Shown one piece after another: positions 21,224 through 34,662 of a stretch of 64,000 bases of DNA (position 1 is the stretch's first letter; the number at the start of each line of letters is the position of its first letter). The notes below the pieces were generated by a model. The model ran no database searches and was not told the origin of the DNA. It saw nothing but the letters and a program-made list of their open reading frames with translations. The translations under genes were made by a program, and so were the position numbers. Source of the stretch: Candidatus Lightella neohaematopini (lineage in GTDB: Bacteria; Pseudomonadota; Gammaproteobacteria; Enterobacterales; Enterobacteriaceae); contig JAOBJT010000002.1 of the NCBI GenBank assembly GCA_025728345.1, positions 41,075-105,074 of the forward strand, written 5' to 3'.

Positions 21224-21928
21224 ATGATTAAACAAGTCTTTTTAGATATCGAAACTACTGGTATTAATAAAACAGGAAATAATTTTTATTATGGACATAA
21301 AATTATTGAAATTGGTGCTGTTAAGGTTATAAATAGACGTATTACAGATAAATGTTTTCATGTGTATTTAAATCCATGTAGATCTATAGATCAAGAAGCT
21401 TTTTCTATACATGGTATTAATATTAGTAAATTAATTGATAAGCCTAAGTTTTTAGAGATAGCAGATCAATTAATATCATTTATTCAACATAGTGATTTAG
21501 TTATACATAATGCTAATTTTGATGTTAGTTTTATTAACTATGAACTAAGTATGATAAATCATAGTATTAAAAATATTAATAATATTTGTAATATTGTTGA
21601 TAGTTTAAAAATTGCTCGTACTTTGTTTCCTGGTAAGAAAAATAGTATTGATGCATTATGTGATAGGTATTGTGTGAGTAAAAATATTAGAATATTACAT
21701 GGTGCTTTATTAGACGCAAAAATATTAGCTAATATTTTTTTACGTATGACTAGTAGTCAAAACGTTATACGTTTTGACTTTGCAAATAAAGATAAAATAC
21801 ATAAATCACACAAAATAAGTAACAAAAAATTAAAGATATTATGTGCTAATAAAGAAGAACAAATTTTACATGAACAACAATTAGATTTAATACAAAAAAA
21901 TGGTTATTGTTTATGGAGAAATAAATAA
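21224..21928 (+). CDS. dnaQ: DNA polymerase III epsilon (proofreading exonuclease)
   Basis: 234 aa. Exo motifs FLDIETTG, IEIGAV, LVIHNANFDVSFINYEL, HGALLDAKILANIF. C-terminal alpha-binding tail LDLIQKNGYCLWR. Divergent from rnhA as in E. coli. Confidence 0.94.
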   Translation: MIKQVFLDIETTGINKTGNNFYYGHKIIEIGAVKVINRRITDKCFHVYLNPCRSIDQEAFSIHGINISKLIDKPKFLEIADQLISFIQHSDLVIHNANFDVSFINYELSMINHSIKNINNICNIVDSLKIARTLFPGKKNSIDALCDRYCVSKNIRILHGALLDAKILANIFLRMTSSQNVIRFDFANKDKIHKSHKISNKKLKILCANKEEQILHEQQLDLIQKNGYCLWRNK

Positions 21929-21960
21929 AAATTTTATTATTTTAAATAGTTTATAAAAAT

Positions 21961-22537
21961 ATGAAATATAATAATTTAATTACAAATGAATTTAATAAAT
22001 CAATAGAAGTTACTAAAAACTTTATTAAAGATACTAGTTGTTTAAATTTAATAGAATCTGCAGCAACTATGATAGTTAGTGCTTTTAAAAATGGAAATAA
22101 AGTATTGTCTTGTGGTAATGGTGGATCTCATTGTGATGCTATGCACTTTGCTGGAGAATTAGTTGGTCGCTATAGAAAAAATAGATTAGGATTACCCAGT
22201 AATAGTTATTTCTGATCCTAGTTATTTATCTTGTGTTAGTAATGATTTTGGTTATCATCAAGTATTTTCACGTTATATACAAGCAGTAGGTAATAAAAAT
22301 GATATTTTATTCTGTTTGTCTACATCAGGTAGTTCAATAAATATTATTAATGCAATGCATGTTGCAAAAAGTAAAGATATGAAAATTATATTACTTACTG
22401 GTAAGATAAATAATTTAGTTAGTAGTATTACTGATATAGTAATATCAGTTCCTCATAATGGTTATGCTGATCGTATTCAAGAAATGCATATAAAGATAAT
22501 TCATATTTTAGTACAAATTATAGAAAATGAATTATAA
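21961..22537 (+). pseudogene. gmhA: phosphoheptose isomerase interrupted by a single +1 frameshift
   Basis: The two track ORFs (21961-22215, 22316-22537) are two pieces of one GmhA. Frame 1 gives ...[31 protein letters not shown], then runs into TGA. From 22190 the +1 frame reads [49 protein letters not shown]...[22 protein letters not shown], colinear with E. coli GYPAIAISD...[22 protein letters not shown]. One extra nucleotide lies near 22190-22193. Confidence 0.85.
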
Positions 22538-22573
22538 TTATAATAATTTTGACATTTTAAGCTATTTCTTATT

Positions 22574-23062
22574 ATGAAAAGAAAATATGTTGTTACTTGG
22601 GACATGTTACAAATGTATACTAGAATAGCTGCTAAAAGTCTTTTATCCACTAAATGGAAAGGTATTATTGCTATTAGTCGTGGTGGTTTAGTACCTAGTG
22701 CTCTACTAGCAAGAGAATTAGATATTCGTTATGTTGATACATTTTGTGTAGCTAGTTATTATTATGGTTATCAACATAATACTAATATAATTAAATATAC
22801 ACATCATAGTCATAATAATGGTGAAGGATTTATTATTGTAGATGATTTAACAGATACTGGTAATACTGCAAAACTTATAAAAAAAATATATCATAAAGCA
22901 TATTTAGTAACTATTTTTGCAAAACCATTAGGACGTAGCTTTGTTGATAAATATATTATAGATGTACCACAAAATACATGGATAGAACAACCATGGGATA
23001 CTGGAATAACTTTTATTCCACCAATAAAAGAAAAAAATAATTCTAAAAAATACCGACAATAG
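22574..23062 (+). CDS. gpt: xanthine-guanine phosphoribosyltransferase
   Basis: 162 aa. [76 protein letters not shown]. About 9 aa longer than E. coli Gpt, reading into the opposite-strand tRNA. Confidence 0.95.
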   Translation: MKRKYVVTWDMLQMYTRIAAKSLLSTKWKGIIAISRGGLVPSALLARELDIRYVDTFCVASYYYGYQHNTNIIKYTHHSHNNGEGFIIVDDLTDTGNTAKLIKKIYHKAYLVTIFAKPLGRSFVDKYIIDVPQNTWIEQPWDTGITFIPPIKEKNNSKKYRQ

Positions 23063-23124
23063 GATTCGAACCTATAACTTTTGTATTACGAATACACTGC
23101 TTTTCCAAATTAAGCTATATCGGC
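23051..23124 (-). tRNA. thrW: tRNA-Thr (anticodon CGU)
   Basis: Minus-strand read: GCCGATATAGCTTAATTTGGAAAAGCAGTGTATTCGTAATACAAAAGTTATAGGTTCGAATCCTATTGTCGGTA. Folds into a cloverleaf with a TTCGTAA anticodon loop. Closely resembles E. coli thrW, which is also near gpt. Confidence 0.92.
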
Positions 23125-23131
23125 AAAACAT

Positions 23132-23572
23132 TTAATATGTTTTATTATTTAATTTAAATAACTTACTAGCTTTAATTGCTTGTAATTTAGCTAAGGTTTT
23201 AGCTAATTCCAATGATAATTTTGTTTGTTGATTTATATTAGTACGTTTTTTCAGTAAAGATTCTATCTTAATTTTATTTTTAATAATTTCTTTTTCATTT
23301 AAATTATCAATATTATTAATTATTGAATCAGCAAGAATTAATACAATATTTGATTGAATTTCTAATATACTCTCAGGTAGATATATACATTTATTATTAA
23401 ATTTATTACTATTAATATAAATTATTCCAGGTTTAGTGATTGTAATTAATGGAGCATGTCTAGCTAAAATAGTAAATTCTCCATCAACACTATTGATTAT
23501 AACCTTATATACCATATCAGAAAATATTAAATTTTCTATACTAATAATAGTAAGTTGAAAACTAGTATACAT
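23132..23572 (-). CDS. atpC: ATP synthase F1 epsilon
   Basis: 146 aa. Last gene of the atp operon. FQLTIISIENLIFSDMVYKV...GEFTILARHAPLIT pattern typical of epsilon. Confidence 0.9.
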   Translation of the reverse strand: MYTSFQLTIISIENLIFSDMVYKVIINSVDGEFTILARHAPLITITKPGIIYINSNKFNNKCIYLPESILEIQSNIVLILADSIINNIDNLNEKEIIKNKIKIESLLKKRTNINQQTKLSLELAKTLAKLQAIKASKLFKLNNKTY

Positions 23573-23589
23573 AAAATTATTATAACGTC

Positions 23590-24966
<1,377 letters not shown>

Positions 24967-24985
24967 TTATACCCTTTTCACTTAA

Positions 24986-25849
24986 TTAAATATTACCAGA
25001 TATAATTTCATTTAATTCTTGTGTAATATTATTTTGTCTAGTCTGATTATAAATCAATTCAAGTTCTTTAGTTAAATTATCACAACTATTTTTAGCTAGT
25101 TGCATAGTTACCATACGAGATGCTTGTTCGCTTGTTAAATTATTTAATACACCTAAATATATACTTGATTCAATATAACAGTATATTAATTTATCTAAAA
25201 TATTAACAATATCTGACTCATATATGTAACAATTACCTATTTTTGTATTATTAGTTCTAATAAATGGGATAATTCTAACTATTTCTGGTACTTGATTTAA
25301 AACATTAATAAACTTATTACTTGCTAAATAACAAGCATCTATTATACTACTATTATATAATGATATTATATTTTTTACTACTTGATTAATTTTTATTATT
25401 CTAAATTCTTCAGGTAGTAAATTATTATTTAAATTATTTATTTTAGCTAAAATTTCTATATTAAAATTAGAAAAAAAATTTATAGCTTTAGTGCCAACTA
25501 ATATTAATTTAACATCTTTTCCTAATTTAATATGTTTATTAATATTAATTAATACTTTCCTAAAAAGATTAATATTTAATGTACCAACTAGTCCTTTTTC
25601 TGTAGAAATAACTAAATAGATAATTTTATCATAATTATAATTACTCATTATTTTTGGTTTATAATCTAAATTACTAGATAATAAATTATTCATAATATTT
25701 TTTATATTAATTAAATATTTACTAACAGATGATATCTTTATCTTCACTTTATTCATTTTAGTAAATGCTATCATTTCCATAGCGCTAGTAATTTTTTTAG
25801 TATTTTTAATACTATTTATTTTACTTTTAATCTCTTTAATATTAAACAT
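24986..25849 (-). CDS. atpG: ATP synthase F1 gamma
   Basis: 287 aa. N-terminal IKSKINSIKNTKKITSAMEMIAFTKM and C-terminal NQTRQNNITQELNEIISG helices characteristic of gamma. Operon position. Confidence 0.93.
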   Translation of the reverse strand: MFNIKEIKSKINSIKNTKKITSAMEMIAFTKMNKVKIKISSVSKYLINIKNIMNNLLSSNLDYKPKIMSNYNYDKIIYLVISTEKGLVGTLNINLFRKVLININKHIKLGKDVKLILVGTKAINFFSNFNIEILAKINNLNNNLLPEEFRIIKINQVVKNIISLYNSSIIDACYLASNKFINVLNQVPEIVRIIPFIRTNNTKIGNCYIYESDIVNILDKLIYCYIESSIYLGVLNNLTSEQASRMVTMQLAKNSCDNLTKELELIYNQTRQNNITQELNEIISGNI

Positions 25850-25864
25850 ATTAATTTAGTTAAA

Positions 25865-27406
25865 TTATTTATAATAATTACTTTTAAAGTTACTTATAAT
25901 ATCATGTAATTTATTTTTTATACTATCATTATATACTAAGTTAGTATTAATATGTTCTATAAAATCATAATGATAATTATTAAAATAAGTTAATAACTTG
26001 TGTTCAAAGTTAGATATATTTTTTACTAAAACATCATCCAAATACTTATATTCTACTAAAAATAATACAATAACTTGTTGAGCCATAGAGTATGGATTAT
26101 GTTGTAATTGTTTTAATAACTCAGTAATATTTTGTCCTTCTTTTATTTGTGCTCTGGTATTACTATCTAAATCTGAAGAAAATTGAGAAAATGCTACAAG
26201 TTCACGATATTGTGCTAATTTATTTCTTATTCCTTTTGATAAAAATTTTATTATATTAGTTTGAGCAGCACCACCAACTCTGGAAACAGAAATTCCTGGA
26301 TTTATAGCAGGTCTAACTCCGGCATTAAATAAATTAGATTCTAAAAATATTTGCCCGTCAGTAATCGAAATTAAATTAGTTGGAATAAATGATGATACAT
26401 CACCAACTTGGGTTTCAATTATTGGTAATGCAGTAAGAGAACCTGTTTTATTTTTAATTTTACCATTAGTAAATGTTTCTACATAATCAGTACTTACACG
26501 TGCAGCTCTTTCTAATAGACGAGCATGTAAATAAAATATATCTCCAGGATAAGCTTCACGACCAGGCGGTCTTCTTAACAATAATGAAATTTGACGATAA
26601 GCAATAGCTTGTTTTGATAAATCATCATATACAATTAATGCATTTTCACCAATATTACGAAAATATTCACCCATAGTACAACCAGTATATGGAGCTAAAT
26701 ATTGCAATATTGCTGGTTCTGATGCGTTAGCAACTACTATAATAGTATTATCTAATGCATGATGCTTTTTTAATATATTTACTGTATTTACTACAGTAGA
26801 AGCTTTTTGCCCAATAGCTACATATACACATTTAATACCACTATTTTTTTGATTAATAATACTATCAATAGCTAAAGTTGTTTTACCAGTTTGTCTATCA
26901 CCAATAATTAGCTCTCTTTGTCCTTGACCAATAGGAATCATAGCATCAATAGCTTTATACCCAGTAAGCATTGGCTCACTTACAGATACACGATCAATTA
27001 CTCCAGGTGCAGGAGATTCTACGTTACTAAAATATTCATATTCTAATTTACCAGAATTATCTATTGGTACACCTAATGCATTAATTACTCTACCTAATAA
27101 TTTTCTACCTACAGGTACTTGTATAACTTTACCTGTAGTTTTCACTTTCATACCTTCTGAAATATCTAAATACGAACCCATTACAACAGCACTAACAAAT
27201 TCTCTTTCTAAATTTAATACAATAGCAGAACTACCATTGGATAAAATAACTACTTCATTTAACATTACATGATCAAGACCATAAATACGAATAATACCAT
27301 CAGCAACGTATATAACAACTCCTTCATCATATGTATTTATATTTAAATTAAACTGATCAATACGTTGTCTTATTAATGTACTTATTTCCATATTATTAAA
27401 ATGCAT
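25865..27406 (-). CDS. atpA: ATP synthase F1 alpha
   Basis: 513 aa. Walker [65 protein letters not shown]. Confidence 0.98.
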   Translation of the reverse strand: MHFNNMEISTLIRQRIDQFNLNINTYDEGVVIYVADGIIRIYGLDHVMLNEVVILSNGSSAIVLNLEREFVSAVVMGSYLDISEGMKVKTTGKVIQVPVGRKLLGRVINALGVPIDNSGKLEYEYFSNVESPAPGVIDRVSVSEPMLTGYKAIDAMIPIGQGQRELIIGDRQTGKTTLAIDSIINQKNSGIKCVYVAIGQKASTVVNTVNILKKHHALDNTIIVVANASEPAILQYLAPYTGCTMGEYFRNIGENALIVYDDLSKQAIAYRQISLLLRRPPGREAYPGDIFYLHARLLERAARVSTDYVETFTNGKIKNKTGSLTALPIIETQVGDVSSFIPTNLISITDGQIFLESNLFNAGVRPAINPGISVSRVGGAAQTNIIKFLSKGIRNKLAQYRELVAFSQFSSDLDSNTRAQIKEGQNITELLKQLQHNPYSMAQQVIVLFLVEYKYLDDVLVKNISNFEHKLLTYFNNYHYDFIEHINTNLVYNDSIKNKLHDIISNFKSNYYK

Positions 27407-27415
27407 TTCTAATCC

Positions 27416-27970
27416 TTAATTTTTTAAAAAATGTTCTAATTGATTTAAATGATTTAATATACTACCATCAAAAACAGTATTATTAATACGTAAAATAATT
27501 CCACCAATAATATTAGAATTAATAATATTATTTAATCTAATTTTATATTTTTTATCAGACAATATAGATAATATCTTATTACTAAGATTATCTTTTTGTT
27601 GTATACTAAGTTTTTTAACAGAAGTAACGTTAACGACAATTGATTTTAAATTTTTATTTTTTAAATATTTAAAATAAAATAATATACTAGGTAGAATATT
27701 AAATCGTTTGTTTTTAGATATTAAAAGTAAAAATGATTTACTTTGTGAGTTAAATATATCAACACATGTACTTATTATAATATTAATTATCTGATTATAC
27801 AAAATTGGATGAGTAATTAATTTATATATTGAATTAGTATTAATTAATTTCACCAAAAATTCTAATATACTTTGCCAATAAGATATCATATTATTCTCTA
27901 TCGCTATATCAAGAATTACTTGTGCGTATTTTCTAGCTATTAAACAATGATATTGATTTTTACTTTTCAT
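27416..27970 (-). CDS. atpH: ATP synthase F1 delta
   Basis: 184 aa. IARKYAQVILDIA start (E. coli VARPYAKAAFDFA) and C-terminal IGGIILRINNTVFDGS (E. coli GGVIIRAGDMVIDGS). Operon position between atpF and atpA. Confidence 0.87.
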   Translation of the reverse strand: MKSKNQYHCLIARKYAQVILDIAIENNMISYWQSILEFLVKLINTNSIYKLITHPILYNQIINIIISTCVDIFNSQSKSFLLLISKNKRFNILPSILFYFKYLKNKNLKSIVVNVTSVKKLSIQQKDNLSNKILSILSDKKYKIRLNNIINSNIIGGIILRINNTVFDGSILNHLNQLEHFLKN

Positions 27971-27974
27971 ACAT

Positions 27975-28454
27975 TTATAATTTTATTTTATTTATTATTT
28001 CATCAATTATCACGTCATTAATTTTACAATCATTAATGTAATGACTAATTACTTTTTTTGTACTAGTTAATATTAGAGAATTAATTTGCTCATAAAGTAA
28101 TTGTTTTACTTGATTGTAATTATTATTAATTTTAATGTCTGCTTGTGAGATAATATATTTATATTCTTTATCAGCTAATATTTTAGCATCATTAATAATT
28201 TTTTCTTCATGTTTATGAGCTAACTTAATAATGTTTTCAGCTTCTAATCTAGCATTTAATATAGTATCTGCTGCTATTTGTTTTGATTTAGCAACCTCTA
28301 ATTTAGCTTGTTTAGCAAAATCTAAACCATCATTAATTTCTTTTTGTCTAGTTTCAATAATGTTTATTAATGGTGGCCATATATATTTCATACAAAATAT
28401 AACAAAAATAACAAACGCCACAGTTTGTCCTATTATAGTAGCATTAATGTTCAA
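27975..28454 (-). CDS. atpF: ATP synthase F0 subunit b
   Basis: 159 aa. [40 protein letters not shown] is colinear with E. coli [40 protein letters not shown]. Single TM segment plus a long charged helix. Confidence 0.9.
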   Translation of the reverse strand: MNINATIIGQTVAFVIFVIFCMKYIWPPLINIIETRQKEINDGLDFAKQAKLEVAKSKQIAADTILNARLEAENIIKLAHKHEEKIINDAKILADKEYKYIISQADIKINNNYNQVKQLLYEQINSLILTSTKKVISHYINDCKINDVIIDEIINKIKL

Positions 28455-28492
28455 AATTATTACTCCTTTAAAATAATAATATAAAATAGTGA

Positions 28493-29585
<1,093 letters not shown>

Positions 29586-29712
29586 CTATTTTATCTTTAT
29601 ATAAAACATGAAAATATAAATTATATTAAATTAATATTCTAATATTAATAAATATCTCAAATATTAAGATTACCTATTATATAATAAACTATTATACAAA
29701 AGTATTATATAT

Positions 29713-31584
29713 TTATATTTTTTTTAATTTTCTTAACCAAATTATTAATATGGTGATTGCTGTATGAGTAACCCCGGAAATTAATAATGCTTCTCTAATA
29801 GATTTAGGTTTATAAAAATTTAATTTATTAATTACTTCAGTAGATAATCCGTGTATATTGCTAAAATTAATGTCTTTAGGTATTAATATATTATTATATT
29901 TAGCTTGTTGACTTATTAATAATTTTTGTTTATTAATATAACCTTGATATTTAATTTGTATTTCTATTTGCTTGATAATTTCTTTATCTAATGACATAGA
30001 TTTAAAAAATTTTAACTCTAATAATTTATCACAATTAATTTCAGATCTACGTAAAATTTCTTCTACATTTATTGGATTAGATATTGGTTTTGACAATATT
30101 TTATTAAAATCTTTTGCTAAAAAACTATTAGGAACTATATTTATGTTACGTAATTTTTGACGAATAACTTCTATAGTTTCCACTTTATTACAAAATTTTT
30201 GCCAACGTTTATTTGTTACTATACCTAATTTTCTTCCTATTTCTGTTAGACGAATATCAGCATTATCTTCTCTTAAAGAAAGACGATACTCAGCTCTAGC
30301 TGTTAACATACGATATGGTTCTGTAGTACCAAGAAAACATAAATCACTTAACAATACACCAATATATGCTTGATGTCTTTCTGGAAACCACCCATTTAAA
30401 TCCTTAGTAAATCTAGCAGCGTTTATTCCAGCAATTAAACCTTGAGCAGCAGCTTCCTCGTAACCAGTAGTACCATTAATTTGTCCAGCCATAAACAAAC
30501 CAGAAATAGATTTACTCTCTAATGTAAATTTTAAATTTTTAGAATCAAAAAAATCATATTCAACGGCATATCCAGGTCTAATAATATTAGCATTTTCTAA
30601 CCCACTAATAGAATGAATTAATTGAATTTGTATGTCAATTGGTAAGCTAGTAGATATACCATTAGGATATACTTTTCTACTATTTAATCCTTCTGGTTCT
30701 AAAAATATATGATGTATATCTTTATCTTTAAATCTTACTATTTTATCTTCAATAGATGGGCAATATCTAGGACCAATACCATTAATATTACCATTATAGA
30801 GCGGGCTATGATGTAAATTATTTAAAATAATATTTTTAGTATTTATATTAGTATAAGTACAATAACATGGTAATTGCTTAGGATGTTGTTTAACATTACC
30901 AATATAAGAAAATACAGGTAACGGATTATCACTATACTGAACAGTTAAATTATTAAAATTTATACTATCTAATGTAATTCTAGGAGGAGTACCAGTTTTT
31001 AATCTACCAGCATAAGGTAACACATTACGTAGATATTGTGCAAAACTATTATCTATCTGTTCATTATATCGACCTGCCATATAATTATAATTTCCAATAT
31101 GAATTACGCCATTTAAAAAAGTACCAAGTGCTAATATTACTGTTTTAGCATATATATTATCTAAATTAGTACATACACCAATAACACTATTATTTTTAAT
31201 AATTAATTTTTTTACAGTTTGTTGTGATATAACTAAATGATCTTGTTTTTTTAAAGTATTAATTACTACTTTCTTATATAAACTACGATCTACTTGAGCT
31301 CTAGTAGCTTGAACAGCCGGTCCTTTACTACGATTTAGAATTCTAAACTGAATACCAGATAAATCTGTAGCCCTAGCCATAATTCCACCTAAAGCATCTA
31401 TTTCTTTTACTAAATGACTTTTTCCCACCCCACCTATTGATGGATTACATGATAGTGATCCTATTTTATTTATATTACTAGTTAATAAAATTGTTTTACA
31501 TAACAAACGTGACGTAACTAATGCGGCTTCTACTCCTGCGTTACCACCACCAACTACAATTACATCAAATTTTAAGTATTTCAT
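29713..31584 (-). CDS. mnmG: tRNA uridine-5-carboxymethylaminomethyl modification enzyme MnmG (GidA)
   Basis: 623 aa. FAD motif [76 protein letters not shown]. Upstream of atp as in E. coli. Confidence 0.97.
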   Translation of the reverse strand: MKYLKFDVIVVGGGNAGVEAALVTSRLLCKTILLTSNINKIGSLSCNPSIGGVGKSHLVKEIDALGGIMARATDLSGIQFRILNRSKGPAVQATRAQVDRSLYKKVVINTLKKQDHLVISQQTVKKLIIKNNSVIGVCTNLDNIYAKTVILALGTFLNGVIHIGNYNYMAGRYNEQIDNSFAQYLRNVLPYAGRLKTGTPPRITLDSINFNNLTVQYSDNPLPVFSYIGNVKQHPKQLPCYCTYTNINTKNIILNNLHHSPLYNGNINGIGPRYCPSIEDKIVRFKDKDIHHIFLEPEGLNSRKVYPNGISTSLPIDIQIQLIHSISGLENANIIRPGYAVEYDFFDSKNLKFTLESKSISGLFMAGQINGTTGYEEAAAQGLIAGINAARFTKDLNGWFPERHQAYIGVLLSDLCFLGTTEPYRMLTARAEYRLSLREDNADIRLTEIGRKLGIVTNKRWQKFCNKVETIEVIRQKLRNINIVPNSFLAKDFNKILSKPISNPINVEEILRRSEINCDKLLELKFFKSMSLDKEIIKQIEIQIKYQGYINKQKLLISQQAKYNNILIPKDINFSNIHGLSTEVINKLNFYKPKSIREALLISGVTHTAITILIIWLRKLKKI

Positions 31585-31748
31585 TTTTTAAATAAAATAT
31601 TAGTTATACTTAAATAAAATATATATAATAAACTAATAATAACATTACTTACTAAGTATAATAAAAATATTATTATAATATCATTAATTTATATTTAACT
31701 AGTAATTAAATAATATAAATTACATTAATTTTTAAATTAAAATATAAA

Positions 31749-32600
31749 ATGAATAATAATAAACCAATTCTATATATAGTACCAACCCCAATAGGTAACT
31801 TACTAGATATAACCAATAGAGCTATATATACACTAAATAATGTTGATTGTATTATTACTGAAAATATTAAACATACTTGTTTTTTATTAAATCACTTTTC
31901 TATTAGAAATAGTAATCTGTATTTATTAAATCAATATAATGAATATAAACAAATTAATTATTTACTTACCATACTAAAAAAAAATAAAACTATGGCACTT
32001 GTATCTAATGCAGGTACTCCATTAATTAGTGATCCAGGATATAAATTAGTACACGAGTGTAAAAAATTAAATATAAATGTTATTCCATTACCTGGACCAT
32101 GTGCAGCTATTACCGCATTATCAGCATCTGGATTACCAACAAATAAATTCTGTTATGAAGGTTTTTTATCATCAAAGAGAAAAAAAAGAATAAAACAATT
32201 AAAGTTACTATTATATGAACCACGTACTATTATAGTATATGAATCCACTCATAGAATAATAGAATTATTAGAAGATATAACGCAAGTTTTTGATGATAAT
32301 CGTTATATAGTATTAGCAAAAGAATTAACTAAAATATGGGAAAATATTTATGGAGCTCCTGTAAATAAATTAATTAACTACATAAAAAATAATCATCTAA
32401 ATATAAAAGGAGAAATAACCTTAATTATTCAAGGATATTCAGGGCCAAAAAATGTAAATTACACAAAAGCTTTAGAAATTTTTATAAAACTTAAGAAACT
32501 ATTACCGCTGGATACATCATTATCCATAGTTAAATCAATATTTAAAATAAAAAGAAATATTTTATACAAAAATTTTATTAATTTTAACAAAAATAAGTAA
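31749..32600 (+). CDS. rsmI: 16S rRNA (cytidine1402-2'-O)-methyltransferase
   Basis: 283 aa. LYIVPTPIGNLLDIT, TENIKHT, LVSNAGTPLISDPGYKLV, LPGPCAAITALSASGLPT, TIIVYESTHRI. Tetrapyrrole-methylase fold of RsmI/YraL. Confidence 0.9.
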   Translation: MNNNKPILYIVPTPIGNLLDITNRAIYTLNNVDCIITENIKHTCFLLNHFSIRNSNLYLLNQYNEYKQINYLLTILKKNKTMALVSNAGTPLISDPGYKLVHECKKLNINVIPLPGPCAAITALSASGLPTNKFCYEGFLSSKRKKRIKQLKLLLYEPRTIIVYESTHRIIELLEDITQVFDDNRYIVLAKELTKIWENIYGAPVNKLINYIKNNHLNIKGEITLIIQGYSGPKNVNYTKALEIFIKLKKLLPLDTSLSIVKSIFKIKRNILYKNFINFNKNK

Positions 32601-32619
32601 TTATGTTAAAATAATAAGC

Positions 32620-32961
32620 GTTGAGTTAGTTAGACAGTCGCTATTTATATAAAATAGAGGAAAGTCCGGACTCTTAGGGTAGAATGCCAGATAACATCTG
32701 GAAGATGAGAATCTTGAATAGTGCAACAGAAAATATACCGCTTTTTACAAGTTAAAAGTAAGGGTGAAATGGTGTTGGTAAGAGCACACCGTATGATTGG
32801 TAACAATCATAGCAATGCAAACTCCATTTAGAGCAAGGTCAAATTTAGGCATAAGATATTACCCATATCACGCCATGGTAGACCGCTTATGAATTATAAT
32901 GTGAATTATAATCTAGATTAATGACTGTCCACGACAGAATCCGGCTTATTACTAACTCAAT
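32620..32961 (+). ncRNA. rnpB: RNase P RNA (M1 RNA, bacterial type A)
   Basis: Colinear with E. coli M1 RNA. P1 pairing GTTGAGTTAGT...ACTAACTCAA, then AGACAGTCGC, GAGGAAAGTCCGGACT, GTGCAACAGAAA, GTAAGGGTGAAATGGTG, GGTAAGAGCACACC, CAAACTCCATTTAGAGCAAGG, TGACTGTCCACGACAGAATCCGGCTTAT. GC-richer island in AT-rich surroundings. Ends accurate to about 3 nt. Confidence 0.94.
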
Positions 32962-33606
32962 TTATTCTTTTTTTAAGATTAATAAAACTATAATAACAAG
33001 ACTAATAATAAAAATTATTATTGGTATTATAGTTATTAGTAAAGTAATTAAGTATTTTAATGATGTATTTATTATTAAAGTATTTAATAAATAACCAATA
33101 AATATTAATATTGATACCCAACAGAAAGCACTAAAAAAATTAAATAATTGAAATAATTTATTGTGTTGTATATTAGATAATCCTATTATCATTGGTAATA
33201 TAGTACGAATAAATACTATAAACCTACCTATTAATAATGCTAATAAACCATATTTATCAAGTATTTTGTAAGCTTTTTTTTGATACTTTTCCGGTATAAA
33301 TAAAAGTTTATAATTCATTAATTTTTTATTTTTTAGCCATTTACCCTGCAAAAAACTAATCCAACTACCTAACCAAGCAGCTATAGTTAATAATACTAAT
33401 ACTAAAAATAAATTTATTATATTATTATAAGCTAGCGTACCAGTTAATAATAATAAACTATCTCCTGGTAAAAAAGTAGTTATTAATATACCATTTTCTA
33501 AAAAAATAATAATAAAAAATATTAAGTAAATAATCCAATGATATTTATAATAAAATATAATATATGAATATTTATGTAATACATAATAAATAAAGTTTTT
33601 AATCAT
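32962..33606 (-). CDS. yqjA: DedA-family inner membrane protein (YqjA/YghB-like)
   Basis: 214 aa. FLENGILITTFLPGDSLLLLTG and LLIGRFIVFIRTILPMIIGLS are colinear with E. coli YqjA (FLENGLLPAAFLPGDSLLVLVG, LLIGRFIAFVRTLLPTIAGLS). The yqjA vs yghB choice rests only on proximity to alx/rnpB-region genes. Confidence 0.72.
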   Translation of the reverse strand: MIKNFIYYVLHKYSYIIFYYKYHWIIYLIFFIIIFLENGILITTFLPGDSLLLLTGTLAYNNIINLFLVLVLLTIAAWLGSWISFLQGKWLKNKKLMNYKLLFIPEKYQKKAYKILDKYGLLALLIGRFIVFIRTILPMIIGLSNIQHNKLFQLFNFFSAFCWVSILIFIGYLLNTLIINTSLKYLITLLITIIPIIIFIISLVIIVLLILKKE

Positions 33607-33648
33607 ATAATTTAATAACTAAATATTACATTAATTACACTAAATATA

Positions 33649-34530
33649 TCATATTTTATTTATAATAATACTGATTATTATACTAATAATTAAAATAAAC
33701 AGTATTGTTATTAAAGAAAATAAAGCTGACATATAAATATATTTCATTAATAAAATTTTTATACCAATAAAAATTAGAGTCATACCTAAACCATAATTTA
33801 TATATAAAAAATATTTAGATATATATTCTAAAAAAAAGTAAGTAGTTCTCATACCTAACATAGCAAAAATGTTAGATGTTAAAATAATTAATAAATCATT
33901 AGTTATAGAAAAAATTACTGGGATACTATCACAGGTAAAAATAATATCACTTATTTCTATTGTAAGAAATACTACTAGTAATGGTGTTGCGAAAATGATA
34001 CCATTTTTTTTTATAAAAAATTTTTTTTCATATAATTTACCTGTAATACGTAAATTTTTATATAACCAATTCATTATACTATAATTGGTAATAGTTTTTT
34101 TATTTTTAGGAACTAACATTTTTATTCCAGTAAATAAAATAAGTAGTCCAAATAAATATAATATAAATTGATAATAATTAACTATCCACTGATTAACTAT
34201 TATAATTAATATTCGTACTAAAACGGCACTAAATGTTCCTATACTTAAGAGATAACGTTGTAAAAAACTAGGAATATTAAAATTTTTAAAAATGGTAAAC
34301 CAAAAAAATAAATTATCTATAGACAATAATTTTTCTAATAAATAACTTACCAAAAACATTATAGCTTTTTTATTAGCTGTGATTAATCCGTGTGTATAAA
34401 AAAAATATATCCATAATACTATATTAAATAGTAAAGCAGATGCTATCCATAGTAATAACCAAAATAAAAGTTTAGATAATGAATTTTTTTGATTATTATC
34501 ATTTGAAATTAGATATGTTTTACACATCAC
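33649..34530 (-). CDS. alx: TerC-family membrane protein Alx
   Basis: 293 aa. YLLEKLLSIDNLFFWFTIF (E. coli YLIEKSLAVDNVFVWLMLF), FFIKKNGIIFATPLLVVFLTIEISDIIFTCDSIPVIFSIT, TSNIFAMLGMR. Confidence 0.82.
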   Translation of the reverse strand: MMCKTYLISNDNNQKNSLSKLLFWLLLWIASALLFNIVLWIYFFYTHGLITANKKAIMFLVSYLLEKLLSIDNLFFWFTIFKNFNIPSFLQRYLLSIGTFSAVLVRILIIIVNQWIVNYYQFILYLFGLLILFTGIKMLVPKNKKTITNYSIMNWLYKNLRITGKLYEKKFFIKKNGIIFATPLLVVFLTIEISDIIFTCDSIPVIFSITNDLLIILTSNIFAMLGMRTTYFFLEYISKYFLYINYGLGMTLIFIGIKILLMKYIYMSALFSLITILFILIISIIISIIINKI

Positions 34531-34662
34531 TATCTTAGTATTTGTACTTAAAGAAAATAAATTTATAATTTGTATTAAAAATTTTAATTATAATATATAA
34601 ATATAAAGATTTACTTATATTGAATGAATAAAATAATAAATTTCTATTAGTCTTATTATATT

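Noticed and set aside
22175-22215. Possible rescue of the gmhA frameshift by transcriptional or translational slippage on the A6 run, or by TGA read-through or recoding.
   Set aside because: The +1 frame contains TAG at 22187-22189 between the A-run and the point where homology resumes, so slippage there cannot restore the protein. Other genes in the window end at normal lengths on TGA or TAA, so there is no sign of stop-codon reassignment.
34531-34662. Possible conserved leader upstream of alx (E. coli alx has a pH-responsive 5' leader).
   Set aside because: The 132-nt spacer is almost pure A/T with no evident stable pairing or conserved block. I cannot support a structured element by eye. 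A covariance-model search would be needed.
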